Source: Negaprion brevirostris
Taxonomy: Eukaryota
Assembly (NCBI GenBank): GCA_030324005.1
Contig: JARDVH010000163.1
Location: 105,466,814-105,530,813, forward strand
Direction of reading: 5' to 3'
DNA: 64,000 bases
Positions 36,749 to 50,220 of the stretch are shown in pieces. The notes below the pieces were generated by a model that saw nothing but the letters and a program-made list of their open reading frames with translations, was not told the origin of the DNA and did no database searches. Every line of letters begins with the position of its first letter. Within the stretch, counting starts at the first letter, position 1. The position numbers were made by a program, and so were the translations under genes.

Positions 36749-39700
36749 AGAAAAATAGTTAATGTGTCAAAATTTTGATTTATAAAGTTCAAAATGGATT
36801 TTTTGGGATCGATGTTCAAATAATGAAAGAAATACAGGCAAGATCATGGGAAGAAATCATGGGCCCTGGTGATTTTCCTCTTTCAGTGCCTCTTATTCAA
36901 CCCCTACCATGATGGTGACTGTGAAACTATTGATAGTTATAAAAACCTATCTAGTTCACTCATGTGCTTTAGGGAGGAAATCTGCCATCATATACAGCCT
37001 ACGTGCGACTCCAGACCTACACCAATGTGGCTGATTCTTAATTGCTCTCTGAAATGGCTTAGCAAGTCACTCAGTTAAGGAATTAAGGAAGGGCCAACAT
37101 CTACAACCTATAAAAGAAAATATAAAGGAAGACTTTGAAGCTGAAGAGGATCCTTTCAATGAAACAGGTTGAGAAATGTAAAAATACACTGACTGTAAAA
37201 GAAGGCACAGTTAAATAAGTTGAAGAAACAGAGTTGAACTGAAAACCCACTGCTGTCCCCATTCAGTCAGACTTTATTTGCTAGACTACATAGAAACTAT
37301 ATGACTTTGAAGAAAATTTCATATACACTAAATAATCATCAAAGTCAGATTTGTAGCTGAACCTAACTTCAAAAATAACACTTAAAAATATTAAAATGAA
37401 AAGTTGAAAACAAGTATTCAATAGCAAGAAGCTAAAATTACTTGGATCCATTTCAATGTACATCTCTTTTCTGTTCCCACTTTTGGAATTCAATTCCATC
37501 TTTGTATTGTTATCTCACACATATGGAATATAATTCTTGCACCCAATTTTTACGAACATTTAAATGACTCTATAATCTAACATTGTTTAAGCGCTGTTCT
37601 TGGATTTAACATGAACCTCTGGGTACAAGGTTTGGGAATACTAAAAAAAAATTCCAACGAAAACAATACTACTCAAAATGGAAAACTGTAACTAGTTTAT
37701 ACAAAGAGGAAGTGCGTTAGACCTTGCATGGAGATGTAATTCTACTCCAACAGGCCAGAGAACATGGCTGAAGTCTTAACAAGATTTTCTGGCTGAGTAG
37801 ATCCAAGCATTTGGGAAAAGAAAATCATTTTTGTTGTTAAAAATTTACAGACTACACAACATAACTTCAAAACAAATGATGTGGTTATACTGCACCACTA
37901 GTCACAGCAGGTCTGCAGTAGGTTAGGCAGCAGTTATATAGAATACATATGAACAGGACTCATGCTGTTGGAGAGTTTTGCACATACCCACATAGCCATT
38001 AAACTATTTATGTCCTGACAGCCAAGTCAACTTTCTCAAAACATAAAAATAATTAAGCCCGCAAATGTGCTCAGGAACTTCAATGATCCACATGAGCATT
38101 TCTTTTAAAATCAGCTTGACCTTCCTCTTATTCTTCACGCAATATCAAGTCCACTGAAAAAGACCCTTGTAAGGCAGAGGGAGATTCATGAATTTAGAGG
38201 GCTTGGAGACTTGGGCATTAAGATGCAATGTCAGCAATGTTTTCTGTGGTGGTAAAGCAGTTGGCAATTAAAGCCCGTTTGAGGATGAAGGCAACTTTTA
38301 CAACACTGAAAAGGCTTGACACTATCCAGGGCAAAGCAGCCTGCTTGACTGGCACACTTTCCACAAACGCTTATTTTTTTCCATCACTGAACAGTAGCAG
38401 CAGTGTGTACCATCCCCAAGATGCACTGCAGGAAATCACCAAGGCACCTCCCAAATGCACAAATGCTACCATCTAGAAGGACAGGGCAGCAGACAAGGGC
38501 ACACCATCATCCAGAAGTTCTCCTCCAAGTCACTAAACACCTTGACTTGGAAATATATCACCATTCCTTCAATCTCACTGGGTCAAAATCCTGGAACTCC
38601 CTCCCCAACAGTATTGTGGGTTTACCTACACCAGATGGACTGCAGTAATTCAAGAAGCTCACCACGACATTCTTAAGGACAATTAAGAATGTGCAATAAA
38701 TGCTGGCCAAATCAGCAATGCCCACAGTCATAAATGAACAAACAAAAGAGATACTGGGAAAGAAACGGGGATGTACCTGTTCTTCCTTGTCCCACAACAA
38801 ACTGTAGTTTTTTGGAGAAGCTACTACTGGTTACATTAAGGACTTTTGGTTAGGCTGCTCAATGCATATATGAAGTGTCACTAGGATGTGTTGTGCACCC
38901 TTTTCCCATTTCTGTGCAAAAGTTGCAATTGAGATACTACAACATGCACAGTGCCTAATTTGCATATATAAATAGCTTCTTGCCTGTTTTGAGTGGAAGT
39001 GCAAAGGTAATCATTTAAAAACTGATTCACATATGTTAAATGGTGCACAGTATCACCCCAGATTTTCTTCTGTTGATTAGCTGTTGTTTTGGCCACAAAA
39101 TGAATGAGATGAAGGTAGATGAATTTTAGATGCGCATTTTAAATTCAGCGCACAGTGGAATAATACATTCAACAACACAGATGCATATTTAATTGTTGTA
39201 ATATCAGGATTCGTCTACATTTTATTTGCTCTTAAAAAAAAAATCGACATTTTAGAACAGTTTTTATATATTTAAAAGAGCATAATGTGCAAAAAGTGAG
39301 ACTTAAAAGATTAGTTTTAAGGGTATGTACGACTGGCACAAATCATTATGCTCAGAAGAAAAAGCTCTCCACATTAACCAAGATGAAAAACTTCCCCAGA
39401 TCGTACAATTTGTCTATTGCCACTGAGCTTATCTATCTACATTACACATTAAGTATTTTTGAAACAGAGAATGAAGATTCCCTCTGTGCTTTTTAAAAGT
39501 GTCTTTGCTTCATCGTCTACGTTAAATAGTAGGCAAACTATAAAGATACTAATGTGCCTGCAATATGCGATTTGGATTGTACTACCTTTAAGGAAGTGCA
39601 TGACTCAGATCTGTAGCACAATAACGTAGTTAAGTAGGTATCAAGCTACAAGGACCTAAGTGGCTATGGTAATTCTGCTGTCTTTCTCAATCTTTCCACG

Positions 39701-40609
39701 ATAACACTAGCCACCAGATGATTTATTTTTATTAATATTTTATAAATCTGAGGAATTAGAAAGATCCTGCCATGGATTTTGATCCTCATTTTTTTAGTGA
39801 AAGGATCAGACACAAATTTAATGTTTTGGTATCTGCAACCTAAGATGTCAACCTCATTGATGTTAGTGAACAAAGACTATTTTGTGTTCATTTCATTTAT
39901 TAGTCTTTGAAATCTTACAAATATGGTTACCCAAACACTGTTTGATCACACATTTATTTTAGCATAAGAAAGTGACCACCAGTGTTTCTGATCAAGTTAC
40001 TGGTATGAACACAAGTTTAACAATATTCTTCCTTCATTTTACAATCACTACACCACATTCGGAGAATCTTGTTTGACCCATGGCTCCTATGAGGCCCAAC
40101 TACAACTGATAGGTAGGTGGAGTAACTGGAGCAATTTAAACTATAATGCATCAGTGTTTTCACTTGTTCAAGTGATTTCCTTACATAGAAAGGACGTAGT
40201 CGCAACATTATTCCCTAAAAAGTAGATTTAACTTGAGAAAATAGAAGTTGAATAATTGTACAGACATAATACATTTGTGCGTGATCTGGGTTGGAAGAAA
40301 ATTTAGATTGCGTTGCCAATGATGGAGAACAAGTAGAAATTTAAGAAATAACAATTCCCATAGCTTACTGAAAAGTTGATACTTGTTTCATTTCAAGATT
40401 ATGGTTCTTAATAAAAGGAATTCCTTCACATAACAAAACCATAGCTTCAACCATCTCATTTCCTAGGGTAAGCACAATAGATTCTTGACAAAATTAATGC
40501 ATCTGCATCATGCATTGGTGCTCCAAACAGGAGTAGAGATAGGCCACCCAGCCCCTCGAGGCTGTGCCACCATTCAATAAGATCATGGCTGCAATGTCTA
40601 AATGCAGGC

Positions 40610-43130
40610 AGCAAGACAACTGTCAGATGATCTATTTTCAACGAACAGGAGCAGGAGACCAGTAAAGCTGACCAAAAAGGCATGACTGGAGGTGGCAGAA
40701 ATACTGAGCTGCAATGATTGCAAAAATACGGATCTAATGATTAATAACCTGCTGCAGTCTGGAAAAGCAAGTAACATCTAGAGCTGGAATCCAGGAGGAA
40801 TTAAAAGTTATCCATGAAATGTGAGGCCAGGTGGTAGATCAATGCATGGGGAACACCAAGCACCAATATCTAGATTGAGATGCCCTGTCCATATGCAGCC
40901 AAATCCCATGGTCAGTTGAGAGTAAGTACTGCATTGAGATAGCAGACTGGTCATGTCACTATGCCATCCCATCAATGTGGTGCCACACACTTACAGTGCC
41001 TCAGAGTGAGAACAGATAGATGTTGAAACAACAGGAACACGATGTATGGCTCTGCTTTCAGGAGAAGCACTCTCAAACGTCAGGGAACATCAACAAGCCA
41101 GTGGTGGAGTGCCTTTTTTTGCTGTCGTGGTACTGACACATGAGGAAGCTATGGAAGTCAAATGGTTCATGGCATGGCAGCCTGTTGCTGAGGACACAAG
41201 AAATAGGGCAGGAGTAGACCATTTGGCCTGTCGTGCCTGCTCTCCCATTCAATATTACCATGGCTAATGTTGAGCTTCAACTCCATTTCCCCTCCAATCC
41301 ACACACACCTCTTAATTCCCTAAGAGGCCAAACATTTGTGTATTCCAGCCTTAAGCATATCCAACTCTGGGACAACCACAACCATCTGGGATAGAGGATT
41401 CCGAAGATTCACAACTCCTGAGTAAAGTAATTCCTCCTCATCTTAGAGCTAAATGATTGGTCCCTTATCCTCAGATTGTGCCTATATGTTTTAGATTTCC
41501 TGACCAGCAGAAACAATCTCTCAGCCTCTACTCTATCAAGAGCCTTCAGAATTTTGTACATTTGCATTAGATTATCTCTCATTCTTCTAAACTCCAGAAA
41601 ACAAACACAATTTACTCAGTGAAACAGCTGTGGAAGCAATGAAGATTAAATGAAATGAAGGCTGTATCCAACACTCCCTACACTGCACATGGCCTACAAC
41701 ACATGTGTGGGTCTTTAATGCCCCAGGCTGCTAGTCAAGGGGAGGAACCTGGGGTCGGTTGAAAGAGCAGCTGTTTCACTTACAAAATGTCTATCAGCAC
41801 ATACAGCAGCAGAAGAGGAGCAAATTAGAGCTACAACACTGGAGAAGATGTAAGACTATCTCAAGACACTGCAACAAAATAAGCAAAATACTGCAGCTGA
41901 AACAAGAACAGAAGATGCTGGGGAACATGAGCAGAACTGCCAGCATCTATCAGGAGGGAAATGGAGTTAATGTTTCGAGTCCATAGACTCTTTAAGACCT
42001 GCTGAGTTTTTCCAGCATTCTCTGTTCTTGTTTCAAGACACTGCATCACTTGATTCCAGTGCACCTTCCATCAGCACAGACATACACATCAGTGGGCTTT
42101 GTTGCACTTGAAGAATGGGAAGCAGAATCTACTGAGTACTATCTAGACATGCAGGAGATGGTAATGGAGGCAGTGGCAGCTGTACCACTTCCTCTTGGAG
42201 GAATAATGACAGATATTGGGTGTCACTTTCAATTGGCATCAAATTCTGTTCTGGAATACCACACAGCTCTGCCATCACCTGCCCGGACAAACACTGGCCA
42301 GAATGTTATGGTGGTCCACGCCAGTGGGATTTTCCCATCCTGTTGCAGAGAACGGAGATTTAGTTTGGTGCCAAATTCTATGACATCATTGCAGCAGCAG
42401 CATGGTGTGAATGGCCTATTAGATTCAACTTTGTTGCTTGGACATTTCCAGGACGTTGAGCCTCAAATGGCACAACTTTTCAGCTGGGTTGTGCCTTCTG
42501 TGACCAGAACCCCCATATAGTTTCTTTATCCATATCCAATGACTTCCTCAATTCACTGGAGTTCCCCTGGANNNNNNNNNNNNNNNNNNNNNNNNNNNNN
42601 NNNNNNNNNNNNNNNNNNNNNNNNNNNNNNNNNNNNNNNNNNNNNNNNNNNNNNNNNNNNNNNNNNNNNNNACCATTGCACAGATAGTTGATATTTCTGT
42701 ACCCCCACTTCTGCACCACTCACATTTCCAGTGGAGGAAGTCAAAGTCTGAAAGCACTGACCCCATAGCAAATTGAATGTTCCATTATAATAAGCCTCTC
42801 AAGAACCTTGTCCTATCTCAGTAGCTGATGTGGATCTGGGAAGTATTTTTCCACAAACAGGAGTTCACCTTTCTCCAGCCTCTATAGTGGCAGTACCTCC
42901 AAATTCGATAGTATTACTTCTTCAATTCATAGCTTGCAGATAGCTTCACAATACAGCTGTCAGTTTCCTCCAATGCTCAGCTCAGTCACTCAGATCTCTT
43001 TTTGAGTAGGTGTGATTCTGAGTCTCTGTGCATCCTGTCTGCTAGTTTTCTAATTGGGAAAAGATAGGAAAATACCTGACAATTGGCTGTTCAATTACCA
43101 TAATTGCATACCCTTGCATGAATGTGTCTG
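40610..43130 (+). mobile_element. Second degenerate Harbinger-like Myb/SANT element carrying nested CR1, Penelope-type and MITE insertions
   Basis: 40640-40770 reads approximately RRPVKLTKKA*LEVAE...NNLLQSGK, the same motif as the 2034-2250 relic. CR1 3' end at ~41185-41620. Confidence 0.5.
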
Positions 43131-43239
43131 CCACTAATTCGACTTGCCATCCATACTGAATTTGGTCAGTGTTGGCAAAATGTTAGGGAATTAATCCACA
43201 CCATTTTATCTCCATTGCCCCCTGTGATCCTTCCATCAC

Positions 43240-43800
43240 TGACAAATGCCTCCGTTTTTTCTGTTACAGGTCCAGATAAAATCCTGACCTCTTACTCAGA
43301 ACCAATGTTTACTAGTGTATGCTTAGCCTTTGACATGGCTGATCACACTATCATCCTCCATTGCTATTCTTCCGTTTGCCAATTGAGTGCTGTTACCCTT
43401 GCCTGATGCCAAGTTTTCCTATCTAGTCCTTGTCAATCTCCTACAACGGTTTCTCTTCCTATTTTTCACAGCTACCTCTGGAGTCCGTCAAGGATGTATC
43501 CTTCACTCCTTCCTATTTCTCAACTACATGTTGCCCCTTGAGGATATTATTCAACGACCGAATGTCAGATTCCACTTGAATGCTCATGGTACCCAGCTCT
43601 ACACTGCCACATCCTCTTTCAACTCCTCCATTGCTTCAGTGTTGTCAAACTGCTTAGCTTGATCCTATCTTGGAAGAGCTGAAATTTTCTCCAAATAAAC
43701 ATTGTAAAGACTAAAATCAATGTCACTATCCCCCGACACAAACCTTGTTCCCTAGCCACTGGTTCCAATAGTCTCTCTGACTACTGGATCAGGCTGAATC
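43240..43800 (+). mobile_element. L2-clade LINE RT fragment
   Basis: AFDMADHTIILH...SGVRQGCIL..FLF..YMLPLEDII...HGTQLY (degenerate YADDTQLY). Confidence 0.8.
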
Positions 43801-45057
43801 AGACCATTTACGAGAGAGAAACTAACTAGGGTCATAAACTTCAAATAGTCACCAAGAATAATGAGAGATGCTGGGAGAAATTTCTTATGCAGCATGTCTG
43901 AACATTGAATGTTTGTCACTGAGATTGCTGTGTCACTGGGAATGAACTATCATACCTTTTAAGATAATAGTGGATAAATACATGCAAGACAAAGATATAG
44001 AGCTATCTTTCATTTTAGATTGCTTCAAGAAAGAGCTAACAGAGACACAATGGACCAAATGGCCACCTATGTTATAAAGTCCTCTGGCTTTCCACGTCAA
44101 TACTAAGTTTAGATTATTATACCTAAAATATATTACAGTATTATACTGAAAGTTTGACCATCAGCGAGTCATATGAGTGCAGTGTGAGTGCCAACCTATG
44201 GCTCATCAATATAGAGTTACAAGCAGATCTCTGCTGTGGTTCATATTCAGAGAACCAGACTCAAATTTTGTTTGCTAATACACCTGTGAAGCACGCCGAG
44301 ACATCTCACTATGACATAGGCACATATGTAAATGCAAGTTATTGTTGACTGTGACAATCAAAATATTTTACTAATAACCAACATAACTTAAAAGAAGAGA
44401 ATTTCACTACATCAGTTTGTGGTAGTTTCTAAATAATCATGTTCAGCTTCTGGAGGAAACATTAGGCAGCTGATTACCAGAAACTACACTAGAGCTTGTT
44501 AGAGGGGCAAATCCAGAGTGTATGAGACCACCTGAAAGACATTTTTCTTGGCAGATCTGAGATGGAATGTTCACATTTTATAAAGTTTCAAAATGTGCTG
44601 AAACACTTAAAAGCAAATTCATGCACTGGTTCTTGGATGAATTTTGGGAGACATTACTCAGAACATGCACAACTGCGTTATAAGACCTTCCATCTCTTAC
44701 TGGATAATTATTATAATTGTATTACCTATGACACCACCATATATTACCACAACAGAGTAATAACTGTGGAACTGCACTATAGTGCAAACACATTTAAAAT
44801 AAAAATATAATCTAATTCTAACATCATTAAAAAACATATGTCTTATAGANNNNNNNNNNATAGAAATAGCAGTTTGAAAAGCAAAGAAATATTTGCACTA
44901 CCTGAGGTTAGTAATATTTCATGAGGAAGTATGTGTATTATTCATGATTTTAAAAAAATTGAGGAAAAAGACACAATCAGAAAATGGCCATCAACAATTT
45001 CCACATCAAGGGGGCTTGTAACGTGTCAGCTAATGAGTAAACACACCCTATACTTAC

Positions 45058-45120
45058 ACTTGAGATGATCCAGCTCACTTTCATGCTTTCTGCTGGAGGC
45101 CCTTGCCTCTGCCAAGAGGT
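45058..45120 (-). CDS. SLMAP: Probable SLMAP cassette exon (63 nt, phase 1-1), (D)LLAEARASSRKHESELDHLK
   Basis: Long pyrimidine tract then ccgcag|AC CTC TTG GCA GAG...CTC AAG T|gtaagt (consensus donor). It is frame-preserving and the peptide is helical/coiled-coil-like. Confidence 0.75.
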
Positions 45121-46358
45121 CTGCGGTGGGTGAAGCAGAAGAGAGGCAGAAGAACAGTGCAGTTGAAACAGAAGCCAGCAAACATAGAACACAGAAAAGC
45201 AAGAAAGGCTGCATGAGAATGAAACAGAAGCCAACATGAAAGCCTTATCCTTGGCTCATGCCTGTTTTTAAAAGTGGGTGTGTGTGCAGAAATTAGTGTC
45301 CCACCTTCAAATCAAGTTACCCAAAATGTACACTAAAGGTTTAAATGTAGGAAGATCTTCTCCAATTGCAAACAATTTGAACAGTTGCATACAAGGTATA
45401 TGGCCTAGACAAGTCATATATTTTTGCCCTTGTAGCCCAATGGAGTGCTCATTAGGTGACTGCCACACACATCAAACTATGAAAAAGTGCTGTGACTATC
45501 AAATATCTTTATGAAGTATATAAACAGCTGATGGTCATAATTTGCATAATTATATAAATTTGCTTGAATGTGAATGACACTTGCTTAAAGTGGCTTTTGT
45601 ACCTCACTTTGATGCATATGGAACCATTCTTAAATTCAACTTGTTGAAATTAAAAATAATGTTGTTTCTTTGAGCTATATCACTTTTAAATTAACGGATG
45701 ACCAAAAATTAAAGTACATTTCACAACACAAAGCCAGGAACAAAACCAGACTTGAATGCACAGTTACTGGCCACAACTTTTTGTATTTAAGAGTTTCGGA
45801 TCAAGACTGTTAATACAATATATCCTGTGACAGTTCCAGACAGAATGAAGCACATACACACAAACACAATTATGCTTTTGCCCCAGCAATTTAATAAATT
45901 AGTGCATAGACGCCAAGCTTATTTTTGAGTGCAGCATTTTAATTGTGAGGAAGTGGAGGGAAAGGCAAAGAAGAGGAAAAATTAAACATTAGTCACCACC
46001 TGGAGTGAATCAGTGTGCAGTGCACACTCAGCTTTGAAGTTCCAGTCTCACTACGAGATGCAGTTGATTTTGAAGAATATCTGTCTTTTCAAATTTAAAT
46101 CTGCAATTGCTTAGCAATTTATCAGGGCTTTTCATACACTAAATATAAATACCAATTCTGAACAATTGGACATGGAGATAACAAATGCATAGCATTCATA
46201 ACAACTACTCTAACAATAATGAAAAATACATCTTGCATTGATAACTTCTCAAAGATGTATGAAACAGGCAAACTATATTTTTAAAATTGTTGATGTCTTG
46301 TTTTACCAATTTTATGAAATATATAAGTGGCTGATGGGCATGACTTGCATAATAAAGG

Positions 46359-46673
46359 ATGGCACAGTGGATAGCATTGCTGCCTGACAGCACCAGGGAC
46401 AGGAGTTCAATTCCGGCCTCAGGTGACTGACTGTGTGGAGTTTATATATTCTCCCCATGTCTGCATGGGTTTCCTCTGGGTGCTCCAGTTTCCTTCCATA
46501 GTCCAAAGATGAGTAGGGTAGGTTAGGCCATGCAAAATTGCCTCTTAATGTCAGGGGGATTAGCAGGGTAAATAAGTGGGGTTACGGGGATAAGGCCTGG
46601 ATGGGATTGTTGTCAGTGCAAGCTCAATGGGCCCAATGCCTTCCTTCTGTACTGCAAGAATTCTGTGACTCTG
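46359..46673 (+). mobile_element. HE1-like V-SINE
   Basis: Full head-V-domain-tail organisation. Confidence 0.85.
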
Positions 46674-47329
46674 ATAATGAATAAAAACTGGAAATGTGAT
46701 GCGCAAAATCAAGATCATGTACGCATAACATTCTTAAACAATTCATATTATTGTACAGACATTTCAAAAAAGTCAGTAATTTTAAATCAATTGATTTTAC
46801 AACTTCGTATGATGATTCCTGGATATTAAAAAAGCTGCCTAAGAAACACTGCAGCTTTACAATCTTAACAATTTGCTCACTACCTCAACCCCAGAAGTGT
46901 TTGGTTTACTTAAATGGTGATGTGTGTTCTGATGTATAATATGGTACTGTATAGTTAGTATTCTGGAAAACACGTGATTCTCTGGAGATCATTTCTGCTA
47001 TGCAGTCTAACATATGATGTAGCCTACACATCACAAATTGGACCAAGCCTTTTACAATAGTTATTCTCCTTTTCCACCTTCATCTTCTCAACATAATTTA
47101 ATGTAATTACTTGTATATCTATTTTTCTGTATCTGGTTACCAATTGCACTTATTTTACTTTAAAAATACATAGGCACAACAAGATGAATTGCTTGTATGA
47201 TTGGATTTATATATTAGATGAAAAAGACTGGTGATGGAAAAATAATTTTAAACACAGATTTTCATGAATATTTTCCAAGCTACAAAAGAGGTCAAGTCCT
47301 CAGAGTTCGCCCTGACCTTTTCCTTCTGG

Positions 47330-47435
47330 TACAATGATGACTGTCAGTGCTACTTCCTGTTCTTGGCCAGAATTGGAAAATTTCATCAACTTTGGATCCA
47401 AATTTCACCCCTCCCAAAACTTTACAAGGTCGAAG
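47330..47435 (+). mobile_element. Penelope-like element RT fragment
   Basis: DD...ATSCSWPELENFINFGSKFHPSQNFT resembles the PLE RT motif following YxDD (FxxxxNxFHPxxxFT). Confidence 0.55.
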
Positions 47436-49842
47436 ACTAAATTTTCTATAGATTCCCAAGAGCTTGATTATGCTTTCCTTCACCTTGATTTCCGTAAAGA
47501 CTATTCTATTCTAACAGTGGGTCCAGAAACCATAATTCGCAGTATAGACCAGCGATGAGAGGAAGAAATAGCTGGAAACAAATTTTTGGGATACAATGTT
47601 GCAACTTTTAAATGTAGAATTACATGTTAACGTTTTGTCTTTTTATTCCGCAGGTGTCGGTCCACCTTGTTGTCAAACGAGGGGCANNNNNNNNNNNNNN
47701 NNNNNNNNNNNNNNNNNNNNNNNNNNNNNNNNNNNNNNNNNNNNNNNNNNNNNNNNNNNNNNNNNNNNNNNNNNNNNNNNNNNNNNTTCCACTCACATAC
47801 ACACAGGGCAGGGTAGGCGTAGGAGGATGCGTTGGCGTGGGCTCATTGGGCCGAAGGGCCTGTTTCCCGTGCTGGGTTGCTCTTTGTTCTTTGTTGTACT
47901 TTGTTTTCACCCCATCATGAATCACTATTGTATTATCAAAGATACCCTTCTGATGTTAGGGTGTCTCACTTCAAATTCCAAAATCCAAATGCATGTATTG
48001 CTTATCTGCATCTGGCTTGTCACTGTCTTTCTGTTTCACCAACCCTTCAAAGAGTGGGGGCTAACCTGAACAAATTGGATGTCTGATTTCATTCATAAAT
48101 TTGATATTATGGATGGTGGTCTAAATTATGTATTATTACAGAAAAAGGTTTGTGGCCTTCGTTTGGTTTTAGAACAAGAATCTCAGGTACATTTTGTTAT
48201 CTGCTGATAACTGTTATTTGATTTTGCTTCTGTTCATTTTAATTCTTAGTAAAGCTGGTACATAATTTTGAGCCTGAGATATTTGGCTGAATTTTACCTC
48301 AAGACCAATTGAGCAATCTAAGTGCCCAATTTGGCTAAATAAGGGACTCTTCTTTGGTTGGCATTCCATTGTTTGCTGGAGCAGGCGAGTGAAGGAGCAG
48401 AGAGTCAGATAAGAAATTACCTGTTAAAAAACCTGTTTAAATAAGTTTAAAGCATTTTCGTGGGCTTTTTAGTGTGTAGTAAGAACTTACCTTGTTGAAC
48501 TCTTTAAATCATTTAAAAGCATTTTCGCGGGCTTTTTGTATTTACCANNNNNNNNNNNNNNNNNNNNNNNNNNNNNNNNNNNNNNNNNNNNNNNNNNNNN
48601 NNNNNNNNNNNNNNNNNNNNNNNNNNNNNNNNNNNNNNNNNNNNNNNNNNNNNNNNNNNNNNNNNNNNNNNNNNNNNNNNNNNNNNNNNNNNNNNNNNNN
48701 NNNNNNNNNNNNNNNNNNNNNNNNNNNNNNNNNNNNNNNNNNNNNNNNNNNGCCTGCCAGACTGGCCCCAATGTCCCCAGAGCCAACATATCCGGTTGGG
48801 GGGGGGGAGGGGGGTAGTGTCATCCTTTCACAGCATACTGTTCTTTCCAATTACAGTCCTAGCAGTGGCCAGTGAACTGTGGAGACCATTGGGCTGCTGA
48901 CTCTGTGAATGGCCAGCAGCTCCTGAGCGTGGGCAACTATTCAGTGCAGGGACCTGACAGCAACCAATGGTTGCCTTCCCCGGGAACATGCAGTCCTGAG
49001 TCCCATAGACCAAAGTAGAGTCAATCCCTGCATTTGGGCCTGCAGATGGGGCATCAGCTATGAGAACAAAATTTAGCTCATTTAGCTCAAAGGTTATTTG
49101 CAATCTACTGCAGAAATTTAGAGAATATGAAACAGCTACTACTTCATCAATAGATCTTTTCAGCTGTATGTAGGACTTATTGGTCACAAAAATCTTTGTC
49201 ATTTTCAGATGACTTGAAATACGAGGGTATTATTTGGTTAATAGTAAATATGAATGGAATTTTAAAATTCTCTTTGCCAGGAAGAGGTCCAAATTGTAAT
49301 ATGAGGCAGTGAGCAAAAAGTCAAAAGCCCTTAAATGATGAAAGCGAAGCTTAGTCCATCATCAGACGAAAATACTGAATTGCAGCCTTTGCTAATTCAC
49401 TATCAGCCCTGCTAGGTTGTGGAATATATTAGAATTCCAATTGTAATGCACAGGAAATCACAATCCATACAATCTTAAAAACAGTTTTATCTTGATGGCT
49501 CCAAACAATAGGCTCCAACAATATGGGGAATGAAAGTTTCCATGAAAATAACACAAACTAAAAATAACAAACTCAAACCACTGCAAATCAAAAAATATCA
49601 CAGCTTGTTAAGAGGAGGCTGCAAACTGACAAATTATCAGGTAAAAATAAACCAATCAAATTTTAAACATCTGAAAAAGGAGGATAAAAAAGCTGATTGG
49701 CTGAAGTTTCAGAAAACTTGCAGAAACTGTTCTTTTATGCCACCTAGTGTTCCAGGGTTGCAAGCACACTCTGCTGGTAAAATCATCCAAATAGTTTTTT
49801 AAACATCTCAAGTAGTTAATTTATTCATTTGTTGTTGTTGGG

Positions 49843-50220
49843 TGATAGCACTGACTTAGTGTTAGCATCTTTGCCCGAGTCAGATGGTAGAGGTATCGAG
49901 CCCCACTTCAAAAACTTAAGACAATGTAGGCTGACAGTAGTGCTGTACTGAGGGGTCCTGCACTATTTGAGGTGCTGCCATTCGGCCTCTCAAAAAGATC
50001 CCATGACGCTTTGAATTAGCGAAGGCCTATTCTGAGTGTTCTGGCCTATACTTATCCTTCATGCAATAATACAGATCATCTCGTCATGTACCTGAATTGG
50101 TGAGAAATTAGCTGCTGCATTTCCTACATTATAACAGTAACTATACTACAAAAGTACTTAATCGGCTGTGAAGGACTTTGGGACCTCCTGAGGACACAAT
50201 ATAATATAAATTCAAGTTTT
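49843..50220 (+). mobile_element. SacSINE1-like DeuSINE with L2-type tail
   Basis: tRNA-like head, gtactgagggg..ctgcact..gaggtgctgcc...aaaagatcccatg and tail ggctgtgaaggactttgggacctcctgagg. Confidence 0.65.

Noticed and set aside
40017-40208. 63-aa minus-strand ORF in an SLMAP intron
   Set aside because: No convincing flanking splice sites or SLMAP-like coiled-coil composition.
42050-42520. 156-aa plus-strand ORF
   Set aside because: A composite of a decayed Harbinger-associated exon and a MITE-like insertion; not a credible host gene.
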